Assembly (NCBI RefSeq): GCF_002113885.1
Contig: NW_018407511.1
Location: 560,259-624,258 of the forward strand
From: Mizuhopecten yessoensis
Lineage: Eukaryota
Reading direction: 5' to 3'
Length of the DNA stretch: 64,000 bases
The notes under the pieces were generated by a model. That model was not told the DNA's origin, did no database searches, and worked only from the letters and a program-made list of their open reading frames with translations. The stretch's first letter is position 1, and each line of letters opens with the position of its first letter. This document shows, one piece after another, positions 26,801-40,562 of this stretch. Made by a program: the position numbers and the translations under genes.

Positions 26801-27980
26801 TAGGTCTCACCATTCTCGGGGCCACTCCCGGTCCACTTGTACGTCTCCCCATTCTCGGGCCCACTACCGGTGCACCAGTACTTCTCACCATTCTCGGGGC
26901 CACTGCCGGTGCACCAGTACGCCTCACCATTCTCGGAGCCACTACCGGTGCACCAGTACGTCTCACCATTCACGTGGCCACTACCGGTCCACTAGTCCGT
27001 CTCACCATTCTCGGGGCCTCTACCGGTCCACTAGTACTTCTCGCCATTCTCGGGGCCACGACCGGTCCACTAGTACGTCTCGCAGTTCTCGGGGCCACTA
27101 CCGGGCCACTAGTACGTCTCGCCATTCCCGGGGCCACTACCGCTCCACTAGTACGTCTCACCATTTTCGGGGCCACTACCGGTGCACCAGTACGCCTCAC
27201 CATTCTCGGTGCCACTACCGGTCCACTAGTACGACTCGCCATTCACGGGGTCGCTACCGGTCCACTAGTACGTCCCGCCATTCACGGGGTCGCTACCGGT
27301 CCACCAGTACGTCTCCCCATTCTCGGGGCCACTCCCGGTCCACCAGTACGTCTCGCCGTTCACGGGGTCACTACCGGTGAACCAGTACGCCTCACCATTC
27401 TCGGAGCCACTACCGGTGCACCAGTACTCACCATTCTCGGGGCCACTATCGGTCCACTAGTACGTCTCGCCATTCGCGGGGTCGCTACCGGTCCACTAGT
27501 ACGTCTCCCCATTCACGGGGCCACTACCGCTCAACTAGAACGTCTCACCATTCTCGGGGCCACTCCCGGTCCACTAGTACGTCTCACCATTCACGGGGTC
27601 GCTACCGGTCCACCAGTACGTCCCGCCATTCTCGGGGCCACTACGGGTCCACTAGTACGTCTCGCCATTCCCGGGGCCACTCCCGGTGCACCAGTACGTC
27701 TCACCATTCTCGGGCCACTACCGGTCCACTAGGTCTCACCATTCTCGGGGCCACTACCGGTCCACTAGTACGTCTCGCCATTCACGGGGTCGCTACCGGT
27801 CCACTAGTACGTCTCACCATTCTCGGGGCCACTACCGGTGCACCAGTACGTCTCGCCATTCTCGGGGCCACTACCGGTGCACCAGTACGTCTCGCCATTC
27901 TCGGGGCCACTACCGGTCCACTAGTACGTCTCACCATTCTCGGAGCCACTACCGGTCCACCAGTACGTCTCACCATTCTC
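23818..27980 (+). repeat. GC-rich 39-bp tandem array, about 106 copies
   Basis: Unit CTCACCATTCTCGGGGCCACTACCGGTGCACCAGTACGT; source of the LTILGATTGAPVR, HQYVSPFSGPLPV and NGETYWCTGSGPE repeat ORFs. Confidence 0.98.
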
Positions 27981-28689
27981 CAAATGGCTATGTTTTACTA
28001 TGTTGAATTTATTTGAACAGTGTGACTTTCCGTGTAATGTTTTCATACCCTGTCTTTGCTGGCCCTTTGTCCTTTGACATACACTGTCACCGAATCGATT
28101 ATACAAATAAACCTTACATACACTCTATCAAAAAATATCTGTGTGTTACATGTCTACGTGGACCTTGTACACATCTGGCTTCACATACATATTAAATAAA
28201 CAAAGAAATTTCATCAAATATTATGTGAATACATATTAATATTTTCTTCCGTATTGAACACCAGACGGTTATAATTTGACAATATGAAATCTTAATATAG
28301 ATATATATTTTGTTTTACATATTTAACAATTTAGTTTTTCCTTCTGTATGTTAGCCTCAACGGGCTACATATGTAGTAGTGTACATAGTGGAAAAGTTAA
28401 ATGTTCTGAAAGAAGACACATCTTTGAGTAGATCCTCAAGATTGATAACAAAAAATTGGAGTTCTTTAAAATTCATATTCCATTAATTCCACTTTAGGAC
28501 TATTATAGACTTAAGTTCGTGTCATGATCTGGGGGCCTGGAGTATAATACGCCCGTAACACATATTCAACAGACCCAAGGGTCCAATTACAGAATTGATA
28601 ACAATGATAACAAAAGTATAATAAAATATCACAGATAAATACATACAAACAATATTAAGAAAAGTGTAGCATGCATACAGAAGCGTAAT

Positions 28690-30100
28690 ACTCATCTAAA
28701 ACGTAGTGTCTTTAGGCGAGACTTAAAAGAAGGCAAGGTACAATCAAACATACAGTCAAGCTCACGGGCATTTCTGTTAAAACTTCTTACTGCACGATGA
28801 ACAGTGCTAATTTTTTTCGGACATTAATCCTACTAGGTGGACAACTAAATTGTAAAATCCGAGCAGAACGTAGAAATTTTCTACTTAAAACGAACTGTCG
28901 AACAGCCCATGAATACATTTAAAAAATAAGCAAATATCCAGATATTGTCGTCTGCTTTCCAAAGAAGATTAAAATGTTTACATATATCAGAACAAGAATG
29001 GCTATGCAAATTAAATTTGCCTTCAAGCACAAAATAAAAAAATAAAAAAATCTTTGTACTGATTCTAGCTGGTGTATAAAAGTAGTTTGGTGCGGTGACC
29101 AGATCTCGCTGGATTGGATTACGTTTCATGGAAAACCTTATGGTACAATATTTTTTAATAATAATTTGCATACGCCACTTTTTACACCAGTCAAATACTC
29201 TATCAATATGATATTGTAATTGTTCACAGTCAAACAAAGATGTAACTCTTTTTCAAAATTTGCTATCGCCAGCAAACATAAAACAGGTAGAATGTTTCAA
29301 AACTGCAGGTAAGTCATTGATAAAAAAAAAAATATAATTTGGGCCCAAGTATGGAACCCTGACGGTCACCGGAAGAAACATTGCACCACCCAGATGCCGC
29401 CCCGTTTACAGTCTCTCTTTTCTGCCTGTCATTGAGATCACTGTTGAACCAGTTTAAAATGTTACCCCTGATGCCATAAGCGTGAAGTTTATGTAATAAT
29501 AACTTGTGACTCACTTTGTCAAATGCTTTAGAAAAATCGGTATATACAGCATGGACATCAATGTTTTTATCAACAGCGTCAGACACAAAATCAGTAAAAC
29601 ATGTGAGATTGGTAACTGTAGACCTCTTAGGCATGAAACCATGTTGCTCATTACGAATTAGAGTGTTTACAAATGATGAGAATTCACCGTCAACAAGTCT
29701 TTCAAAAAGTAATGACAATATTGGCAATAATGACACTGGTTTATAATTTGTAACACAGTCTCTCAGACCAGACGTAAATATTGGTATTACTTCGCTTTTT
29801 ATTGAAACACTCAGGAAAAATACCCTCACGAAGTGAAAACAGATCATAGATAGGAACACACAGTTCGTGTGCGCATTCTTTAAACACTACACCAGCGATA
29901 TTGTCGTATCAACAAGCCTTCTTTACATCAATATTCTTCAAAAGCTTAAGAACTTTGGTACAGCTCAGCTCAATTGTAGAAAAAGGATTTTCAAAAGAGT
30001 TGTTAGTAAATACACTGGGTAAATGGTCATACGTGAGATCATTATCGGAAGTAAACACACTCTGAAAAAGTTATTGAACACTTTGGCAGATTCAACATTG
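28690..30100 (-). mobile_element. 5'-truncated, degenerate CR1/L2-group LINE (reverse transcriptase pseudogene)
   Basis: NYKPVSLLPILS, QHGFMPKRST, DFSKAFDKVSH, QGSILGP, then a frameshift to INDL..MFAGDSK (catalytic FADD mutated) and WCKKWRM. Confidence 0.9.
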
Positions 30101-30609
30101 CATTTAGATTAAAATAATAACGGTTTTTAGGGATGGTTACAGCGGTTGTTAACAAGGTTTCCCGTAATAACTCGAATTATAAAGAAGCGTAGCAGATTCA
30201 TATCCTACGTGTTCATGATGTGCTTATAATACGGACTGTGGGTGTGAGTTTGTATACTATATAGAACTTCAACAAAATTGGCAGTTTATTTGGGCAGATT
30301 TTTCAAAGCAAGTTGTCCAGAAGTACAAAAACGGCAATAACTACGAAAAAAAACTAGTTAAATATAAAAAAAAAGATGTGTAAATACATCGTATATCGAT
30401 CATGTGTATAAGGTGAACTTAGTGTGGTTGTTTAATAGGAATAGTCTGAACAAGTTTTCATCCGCAGACTGACAGATGTACAGATGTATCATCTGAAATG
30501 TTAATTTGATTTGAATTGCATTCATATCTAGAGAGGATCACATCTAGCAGGTCCAAAAAAAAGTAATTATAAATAAAAACAAAAATATCATATCGGTTTA
30601 TATTTTCTC

Positions 30610-31750
30610 GACCTCGATGTCCAAACCAGACTCAAGGATTTGCATGATACTGTAGGTATATGTGGTTGTGTCTGCTGACAGCACATCTAATAACAAAATC
30701 ATTGCCTGAAAACACTATTACATTTCCGTATTGCGAAAAGAACTCAATTTTCTTGAAAACCAAGGAAATCCAAATAATATGTTTTCCATTTTATGAAAGA
30801 CTAAATACTGGCTGATCATATGTCTGTATTTCAATCTTTCTGAATACCTACTACTGATAAGGACACGGTCCTGCAGCGAGAACCCTTATGTCTTCTCCTC
30901 AAACAAAAATTCTTATATCAGATATGACGCATTCGTTCTCTTATTATGAGCGTTTTTCCTCCACCAAGAATTGAGCGTTTTTTAACTTCATGTTAAATCG
31001 AATCGCGATATAAATATATATGCTTGAAAATAGTTTGGAGCAAATGTTTGAAAAGCACAACAAAGGCAACAAGGAAATATATTGAAAATGAAATGAGAAT
31101 TATTCACCACCTGATTGACACATCTTTTTTAATACGGTTGCGCGATTTTCAAACAGGCTGTTCCTATTGGGGGAAAAAACTATGCCCCTCTTCTGGCCGA
31201 CTTATTTTCACCCGAGGCTGAATTTATTGATGAGCTTATAAGGACTAGTAACATAACCTAGCCAAGTCCTTCAATTTCACATTCGGGTCTACCGACAATG
31301 TGATATCGTTCAGTAATAAGAAACGTGTCTACCACGTCGACCGGGTAAACCCTAGTACACAACAGTCTGGTGCCAAACTTCACACGAGATCCTTATAAAC
31401 AATGCTGGCTCTTCTAGTTGCTTATTCCATTCCCAGTACCACCAAATCAGGGTTGCAGTCGTTTTGTGATACTGTTTACTCAAGAATTGGAATAAAAGAT
31501 ATGTGGATTTGGAAGAATTCAAAAGATCTTTTGGTCATTCTTGAACATCCTCTTCTCAAAAATGTTTCTTCTATCAAAACTTTCGACTTTTCGACCATTT
31601 ACACTACCATGCCCCACACCAAACTGAAGGTGGGAGAGCTTTCTTGTCAAAGAAAGGCGAACGGCGATATAAATATGTATGGTTGGAAATTATTTTGGAG
31701 CATACATTTGTGAAAAGTTCAAAAAGACGAAAATAAAATATAATGAAATA
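30610..31750 (+). mobile_element. Penelope-like retroelement RT fragments
   Basis: YVVVSADSTSNN (about 30658), YAPLLADLF and KSFNFTF (31180-31300), KSGLQSFCDTVYSR..MWIWKNSKDLL..IKTFDFSTIYTTMPHTKLK (31440-31630). Confidence 0.8.
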
Positions 31751-31948
31751 ATTCACTGTTTTCATGACATTAATTCAAAATGAAAGACCGAGCATAGAGG
31801 AGGTCTAATAGGCGTTTCTGTCTATTAATTAGTTTGCGAAGTTTGATATCACATTTATGACCGTAAGCTTAACATAGACACCTTCCAGTGATGCATTCCA
31901 CATGTATTTGATGTGTGGCTGTTGCTCATTTTCTCCATATTTATCCAA

Positions 31949-32372
31949 AACGAGAAGCCCAGAGGGCCTGTATCGCTCACCTGGATAATAAAGCAACATT
32001 GGAAAATGATTGGGCCCTGTCCCTCTGCATCGAGAAAGCCCAAACCCTCAGTTTATACAAAATTTAGTCCCCTTTGCTGAAGGATGTTCCGGGCAAAATT
32101 TAGATAAAATACCTCCAATAGTACAGTAGAAGGATAATAAAGGTTTAAACCTCAAATTCCCCTATTGGGCCCCACTCCTCAGCACCAAAAGGGGTCACAA
32201 CCTCCGTTTATACAATATTGAGTCCCCTCTGCCCAAGGATGCTCAAGACCAAATTTGGTAAAAATCAATAAAGCTGTTAAGGACAAGTAGTGTTTTAAAT
32301 GAAAAGTTGATGGATGGAAGATGCATTATGGCATAAGCTCACCATGGTCCTACTGACCAGGTGAGCTAAAAA
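31949..32372. mobile_element. Helentron-associated non-autonomous element (HINE-like), short complete copy
   Basis: Left box AACGAGAAGCCCAGAGGGCCTGTATCGCTCACCTG; right hairpin AGCTCACCATGGTC..GACCAGGTGAGCTAAAAA; about two internal repeats of ~145 bp. Confidence 0.7.
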
Positions 32373-32929
32373 TACCAAATCAACTTTAAACTGGGTTGTC
32401 TTGATTTTTTTTCTCCTCTTTGTTGACGTCAGATAGAAAAGGCTTTTATTGATAGTTTTGCGTTAGGAACAAATCTTGGGAAACATGAACATTCTTCTTT
32501 TAAGGTAAAAAGAGTGCCACCAAGCTGACACTGTACCAGTTATAAAATAAACTTTAACCATACTTTTTGAATAACAAAAAGACCAAGGGTGAGCTCGAGG
32601 TTGTTAGGCCTGTAGCATGTCGGAAAAAAAATAAGTTTGCTCGAAGGAATGACTTTGACATACGCTCAAGGTCACCAGGGTCTAATACGTATATATTTTC
32701 AAGCAACTTCTTCTGCATAACTAAGAGGCCTACAATCTTATTATTTGGCCTCTCACAAGATGGAGTGGAAGTCTATCAGTGCTTAAATGTCCTTGACCTA
32801 TTTTCTAGGTTTCATGGGTTATATGTGTTAAAAGTTCTAAATTACCAAGAGGTTTAGGATGACAATATCTGGCTTGTAACAAGATGGAAGGATGGACTAT
32901 CAAAGTTTGTTAAAATGACTGATATTGAC

Positions 32930-33175
32930 CTACATTTAGGTCAAAGAGGTAAAAAAAAATAACTTCATGTTAAATCGAATCACATTGTGTAAAATTTTGA
33001 CCTATCTTTCTCAAATCCAAACAGGGCAAGTCCATGATTTCATAAGGAGTTCACATTTAGGTCAAAGGGGTTAATGTTTTTAACTTCATGTTAAATTGAA
33101 TCACATTGTGTAAAATTTTCGACCTTTCTTTCTCAAATCCAAACAGGCAAAGTCCATAATTTCATAAGGAGTTCA
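32930..33175 (+). repeat. Tandem duplication of about 122 bp
   Basis: AACTTCATGTTAAAT..CATAAGGAGTTCA begins at 32961 and 33083. Confidence 0.85.
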
Positions 33176-34081
33176 AAGGTCAAATGTTCAACTAAGGTCC
33201 TATTGTGAAAAGCTAACCAAAATGTTTGCTGAAAATTTCTAGTCAATCTTGTGATAGATGGACATGCAAGCGAAAATGTTCATGACATGCTCACAAAAAT
33301 AACCTCAAGACGAAGATAATGAAGTTACAAACTTTATTATATATTTTTCTCATTTTATTTTGAAACTATTTGGAGAACAATGTTCCATCATGCAAAAAAC
33401 CTGTGTATCAGATCTTCGTAAGGAGTTATATATATCACAAAAGAAAATTTGTGTTTGAAATGACCGGTATATAATGACACACAATATACTATAGAGTGAC
33501 TTAAAATTAAACACAGGGGCCAGACATTGCTTTGTTATAGTTTTATTACTACAAAATGTATCACTTTTCTGGTCCCTATGGTGTGATGTTCCATTGAGCT
33601 TGCTCCTAAGAGAAATCTATTAACTTATATATCTCTTTTTTAATCTACACATTTATTGCAACTAATTATTGATATCTATGAAGTTTTAGTTATTCAAATA
33701 AATATCACATGTTAATATTGGTTATCTCCTGGTGTACAGTAACTAAATCTAACCCACTCATTGTTGGACGAGGAGTCTTTAAATGGCATAGCAAATTTAT
33801 TCATAAAATATCATTACTGTCATTCAGGGTGAAAATTCAATCTTAAATATTATTTCCTTGAATTTATTTTCAGTTTTAATTTCAGGTTTATTAACTATTG
33901 TTCATTAAACAATTGTCTTTGATTAATGCCCAAAATGGTTAGACTAGTGGCGGGAGAGTTTGGCAGAAAGGGAATAACCTGTTCTCCGAGCTATTTTTAG
34001 GTGTGGGGTATGTTCCAGAGGTTACTTGTTAGTGCTGTATGAATTCTGTATGATTCTTATCGGAATTATTATTTTGCATGC

Positions 34082-34823
34082 TTAACCCTTTCACCACTGT
34101 AGACCATAATGGACTCATCCATACCAATGCATGGTAGAGTCTACTCAAGTTACATAGGGGTGAAAGGGTTTATATGTCTGTCTGAATGCTACACTGTCTT
34201 AAATAATTTGTTTTGTAGTCTGCTGTAAAAGCTTTAAATAGATATCTGAATAATACTGACGAGGGTCAGCACCACTGTTTGAACTTTTCTTAATAATTAT
34301 TACCTGAGAATGCTTCCAATCAAACGTGGTTGATAGCCATATGGGCAAGTAATCCTTTTTAGAAATTCTAAATAGGAAAAATTGTTGATGGACGGATCAC
34401 AGCAAGACCCTACAGTGCAGCACAAGTTGAACTTGGACATTCAGACGAGTGAGTTAACTTGTTCACCCCTACATATTTAAACTGGACTTGCCCAATCCTT
34501 GATTTGGTAAGGTTCAAATGTGACTATAGGTGTGAATGGATTAAAAAAGACTAGCAATGGATAGTAAGTGCTTGCTGATTTTATTTTTTCCCTGACATGT
34601 TAATGCTGATTTTATTTTTCCCCCCCGACATGTTAATTTTTAGAGTTATTCTTATTTGTAAACTTTATATGCTAATCACAATGAGATTTGAACAAGAGCT
34701 GGATGAGACTACTCGAGACCCATAAAGAATTCTTTACCCTTTCACCCCTATGTAACTTTAGTAGACTCTACCATGCATTGATATGGATGAGTTCATTATG
34801 GTCTACAGTGGTGAAAGGGTTAA
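34082..34823. mobile_element. Three 91-bp TTAA micro-MITEs (34082-34172 B, 34454-34544 C, 34733-34823 B inverted)
   Basis: Each has TTAA/TTTA-bounded TTCACC..GTGAA termini and measures 91 bp. Confidence 0.8.
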
Positions 34824-35844
34824 AATATTTTATTTGTGTGTGACAGTTCTACACATTTGTAACACAAACTAGGTTGGTATCTGGTGTAAAGGATAGGTCA
34901 TCCTCTACCAAAATGTCTATAAATACATACTTGTGTACATTATTTATTCAAACTTTTTGTTTATTAACACACAAAGAGAAAAAGACAACTTTTGACAAAT
35001 TCTGGAATGTGAGTTCCCTGGAATATGACAATCCACTTAACATTCACATTTAACAAGTCCCAATGTGTTGGGTAGCAGAACATTTCGTTTTTGAAAGACC
35101 TACATCATGCTAGGAAACAGTAATCACGCTTGCAGGTAAATTATATACCGGGTAAGCTATCAATTCAACAAAATGTCCGAGCAATCAAAAACAGATAGAG
35201 ATTTGCCAATGTATTATATAGCCATGAAACAGATACCTGCTACAGAGCAGGTGGTGACAAAGACGGTTCAAAACCAAACTAGTAAATCAACAGTAACACT
35301 CGTAAAAACTGTACAAAAACAAACACGTATTGATAGAGAAACCAAAGGTGCGATTCATACCTCAACACTGAAGGTGACTGTTGTAAATGTGATCTGATTA
35401 CTTACAAGTGATCTAAAACACACAGGCTCAGTATTCAACTCCTCCTTCAAACACAATATCTGTAATTATATGATGAAGACTGTCTATAGTCAAATTGTGA
35501 AATTATGCACACTGATGTATGTCTGAGCAAGCCATTTTGAACTCGGTAGCTAATGATTTAAGTCGTAGCTATGTTGTGACCATTGTGTTGGTGTATCTAA
35601 ATGATGTTTATAGTAAGGACTGGGTTCTCTGGCCTTACACGAGGTCAAAATGGATAAAGTCGACTTATTTAAAACACGAAAATTATCTCCTTCGTGAATA
35701 GTACAAACATTTCTGACAATACAATCAATGATTGATAATTGTAAATGAAGGATGGATAACCTGACAACACTGGGATAGGATCTTCTCAGGTGTTCAATGT
35801 AATGCTTGTGTAACTTAATCAACAATAGCTAAATATTCGATAGT

Positions 35845-37310
35845 GATACAGCATTCTTTAAATGTTTGTTATGACAACTGTCAGGGTTATAGGATTATGT
35901 TTATATTATGATCACTGTCAGGGATACAGCATTCTGAAAATGTTTGATATGATCACTGTCAGGGATACAGCACTCTATAAAGGTTTGATAGGAATAACTG
36001 CCAGGGATACAGCATTTTGTAAAAGTTTATGTTCACTGTCAGGGATACAGCATTATTTAAATGTTTGTTATGATCACTGCCAGGGATACAGCATTCTGAT
36101 GTTTGTTATGATCAATGTCAGGGATACAGCATTCTATAAATGTTTTTTATAATCACTGTCAGTGATACAGCATTATGTAAATGCTTGTTATTATCACTGT
36201 CAGGGATACAGTATTCTGTAAATGTTTGTTATCATCACTGTCAGGGATACAGCATTCTGTAAATGCTTGTTATGATCACTGTCAGGGATACAGTATTCTG
36301 TAAATGTTTGTTATAATAACTGTCAGGGATACAGCATTATGTAAATGTTTGATAGGAATTACTGTCAGGGATACAGCATTCTGTAAATGCTTTTTATGAT
36401 CACTGTCAGGGATACAGCATTCTGTAAATGCTTGTTATGATCACTGTCAGGGATACAGTATTCTGTCAATGTTTGTTATGATCAATGTCAGGAAATAGCA
36501 TTCTGTAAATGTTTGATATGATCACTGTCAGGGATACAGCACTCTATAAAGGTTTGATAGGAATAACTGCCAGGGATACAGCATTTTGGAAAAGTTTGTT
36601 ATGTTCACTGTCAGGGATACAGCATTATTTAAATGTTTGTTATGATCACTGCCAGGGATACAGCATTCTGATGTTTGTTATAATCAATGTCAGGGATACA
36701 GCATTCTATAAATGTTTGTTATAATCACTGTCAGTGATACAGCATCATGTAAATGCTTGTTATTATCACTGTCAGGGATACAGTATTCTGTAAATGTTTG
36801 TTATAATCACTGTCAGGGATACAGCATTCTGTAAATGCTTGTTATGATCATTGTCAGGGATACAGTATTCTGTAAATGTTTGTTATCATCACTGTCAGGG
36901 ATACAGCATTCTGTAAATGCTTGTAATGATCACTGTCAGGGATACAGCATTCTGTAAATGCTTGTAATGATCACTGTCAGGGATACAGCATTCTGTAAAT
37001 GCTTGTAATGATCACTGTCAGGGATACAGCATTCTGTAAATGCTTGTTATGATCACTGTCAGGGATAAAGTATTCTGTAAATGTTTGTTATAATAACTGT
37101 CAGGGATACAGCATTATGTAAATGTTTGATAGGAATTACTGTCAGGGATACAGCATTCTGTAAATGCTTGTTATGATCACTGTCAGGGATACAGTATTCT
37201 GTAAATGTTTGTTATGATCAATGTCAGGAAATAGCATTCTGATAATGTTTGTTATGATCACTGTCAGGGATACAGCATTCTGATATTGTTTGTTACGATC
37301 ACTGTTAGGT
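35845..37310 (+). repeat. 41-bp minisatellite, about 35 copies
   Basis: Unit ATGATCACTGTCAGGGATACAGCATTCTGTAAATGCTTGTT; period 41 (36901 to 36942). Confidence 0.97.
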
Positions 37311-38317
37311 ATGGCTGCTTGGTATTTTTCAAGTCTATGCCAATAGATAACTGTGCCTTACAGTCATCAACAAAAAACTTCCACTTAAATCAAAACCAAC
37401 ATTAAATATATGCAATAATGGCAATCAAATTTTCAAACATAAACAAAAACATATAAAATTGAAAACAAAATGTTCCTTTAACATTTTAGATCACTTCTAT
37501 TTCACATACACAACAACTCGCAACCCGACTTCTCTGTACTTATGTGTGAGGAAAGTTTTCCTGTTTCCCTCTTATTAACTTTCTGACAATTTACCTCTAA
37601 CCAACATGTGAATATTTGTGCACATATAATACAACCTCATATCAATTTATGCATACGAATATGTGAGTAATAAATATAAAACAGTCGGAAACTTAGAACA
37701 AAGTAAGAACAATTGTTTAGCACACTAATAAAGTAGTGATAGTACTGATAAGTGTTAAGTTATTCATGATGATTTATCATGATAAAATCAAAGATGGGTT
37801 CTCACTGATTCTAGCTATTTTAGATAACATCATCACAATGTTATTATGGATTAATTCTAACAGCTGGTAAATAAAACAGGAACATATGTCACAACCTCCT
37901 TGCTTTTGTGATTCACTTCAAAAAGTCATTTCCTTGAAATGTTAGCTGTAGCCTGGCCATGCTGTTTTTCTGCATGGATACATACTGATTCTACTTTCCA
38001 CAAAATGAGGCTGAATGAATTGTATAAATTGTGTGGCAGGTGAAAGGCATGCATACACATTTTTTTAATTTTAATTCACCGATGGTATTAGTAGTGTTTA
38101 TCTGGTACAGGAAAAATAACCACAACACAAGATCATTTTTTTTTCAATAATTATATATTACCAAAATCAGCAGAAAAACCATCTTTAAAGAATAATAAAT
38201 AATGATGCAAATTGTTACCGGCACAACAAATAATGCTGGACAGCGGTAACAAAACCGGGAAGAAAAGAAGCAACATAATAATGATCGATGACTTAGTCAT
38301 GTTTTTTCTACATCAGA

Positions 38318-38520
38318 TACTGTGAAATCAGTAATTTTCGTGGTGTTTTTAATTTCCTCTATTTCGTGGGTACTTTTCATTCACGAAGTCATTGGTCCAC
38401 AAATTAATTACAAGTTTTAAATAAAGCAATTGAGTGGGTGCTCATCCATGAATTCATGTACCCCCGAAAAGGTGTTTTGTCGGGAAATTGGGCCCCACAA
38501 AAATATCTGATTTCACAGTA
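38318..38520. mobile_element. TA-flanked MITE (Tc1/mariner-like)
   Basis: TACTGTGAAATCAG at the left end and CTGATTTCACAGTA at the right end; truncated relative at about 45772-45930. Confidence 0.75.
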
Positions 38521-39464
38521 TTGAAACTGAAATCTTTATTCTCAAAATGCTTATCAAGTACTTTACATATCATGTTTTACAGAAATGATCATTATCTTTC
38601 TGAATCATTTATCATGTATGTAGAAACATCTGAAATTGATGTATGTATGCAAACAGTATTTTTATTAATTAATCTGTTAGCCATGTACGCAAGACACTAT
38701 TACATAAAAATTACTTCATATAAAACTATGAAATTTAACGTGTATGCATGGCATTCCCCTGATAGCAATCTACAAATTTCATAGGGTAATCATTCATTAA
38801 TTAATAGCAACAAAGTTGGGGTAAATTTATGAGATTGGTTGACAGCGAATGCAAATATCTTTGCAAAGGTAAATATACTTCTTTTTAATCATTTCACTAG
38901 TGTCCTCGCAAATGAATTGTCTGTAGTACAATCGGGGTAAATAACCATCCACAGAAACGGTTTATACAAGTACTAAAAACAGTAAATAAAATCTTAAATA
39001 ACACTAACAAAGTACATAGAACATTCCATACTAACAAATTTAGTTTCCACTTTGTATGGTTTTGATCTTCAGCACATGAAACACAATAAATTCTTCTTAA
39101 AAAAAATGCATGAATTTCATGAAATCACAAATGAAATCAAACATTCCCCAACATCAGCAATGTAACAACACCTGTCATTGGCCAACATCTATAGATTTTT
39201 CGACAAAAAATCACACAAATACCGCAAAATACATACACATCATGCAATCTACTCCGTATAATTAAATCACATTGTATAATTAGGTATAGTACGTAATGAC
39301 AGCACTGTGTCTTAGCAGCAAGCCGGTACCTGTGTACCACCAATCAACGAACTACGAAAATCTGCTGTCAACCGTACACTTGTGAAATATTGATGGTATT
39401 TAACATAAAACATAAGATATCATCTGTATTAAGGTTATGCCTCATTATTTGTTATAAGACGTTG

Positions 39465-39654
39465 TATTTCGTCTTTGCGTATTGCAGAGTTATCTTCTCT
39501 TGGGAGCAGGTATTGACTGCTACGTCACTTGTTTGAAAGAGTAACGTCATCAATTTTTGAGAAACCGACATAATTTTCTCACACAAACCAATGACGTAAC
39601 AATCAATACCTGCTCCCAAGAGAAAATAACTCTGCAATACGCAAAGACGGAATA
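39465..39654. mobile_element. Fold-back MITE with arms of about 70 bp
   Basis: TATTTCGTCTTTGCGTATTGCAGAGTTAT..GGGAGCAGGTATTGA pairs with TCAATACCTGCTCCC..ATAACTCTGCAATACGCAAAGACGGAATA. Confidence 0.85.
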
Positions 39655-40471
39655 ATGACTATGTGATCACATTTTCTTTTATTGTGATGGAATATATCAC
39701 TCGAGATTCTAAAATGTTGAGAAAAAAACCGAACCAATGCTAATATATGTATTTCACCAAAATGCATTCACAGGTACCGTTATGTTGATTATATTCTGAA
39801 ATATGAATTCTTTCAGAAGAGTCACCCTAGTAACATTAGTTACACGTTTATGAAATAGTTAAAAAAGTATGATAATGCCAAGCTTAAGTGGAAGTGTATG
39901 ATTTATATGTGGAACAACATCAAATAAATATAGATATATATAAATATTTGTTTAACACGGTGAACAATTCTGATACATCGAGTCACTCTGTGGCATAGGG
40001 AACTGTGTAACACTCAAAATGACAGACAAATTAGTGTACGAGCAGGATAGCTGTGAAGATTTGTAGGAAAGGGTACAGCAGCCATTCAAAAATAAAAAAA
40101 TAATTAATATAGTCTGCCAAGCTTTACAATGATGGAGGGGGGGGGGGGGGGATTACTATAACACTCACTAATTCGTAATTTTTCAAAGTTTTTGATATAT
40201 CACATTTAACTTGCTCCAATAATGTTAAACCATTCTAAAATTGACTGAAAATCCTCATGTTGTTAGAAAATGTCTGGTAAGTGTTACAAAAAGTTAAGGA
40301 ATATTAACAGCTCTGGAAATACCATATTACTTATCTTGCCCTTTTTGTGCCATATGTCATCATTTGAAATATTTAAATTAGCCCTTATTTTCAACCCAGC
40401 TGTAGCCCATCTTTGGTTGTTGTATATATGCTTAAAACAAATGTCTATAAAAACACCATTATAATAAAGCT

Positions 40472-40562
40472 TTATCTCATTCACCCCTGAACTTTCATAA
40501 TGAACTATTCCACCCTTTGAATCGGAAGTGTTCAAATGTGTCTTCAGGGTTGAATGAGTTAA
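40472..40562. mobile_element. 91-bp TTAA micro-MITE, subfamily A
   Basis: Homologous to 2928-3018. Confidence 0.75.

Noticed and set aside
34256-34290. CTGACGAG as a hammerhead ribozyme core
   Set aside because: No GAAA at the required position and no convincing stems.
35862-36724. ORFs inside the 41-bp array
   Set aside because: The unit length is not a multiple of 3 and stops are frequent.
8511-37310. Tandem arrays as CRISPR arrays
   Set aside because: No unique spacers, no cas genes, and a eukaryotic context.
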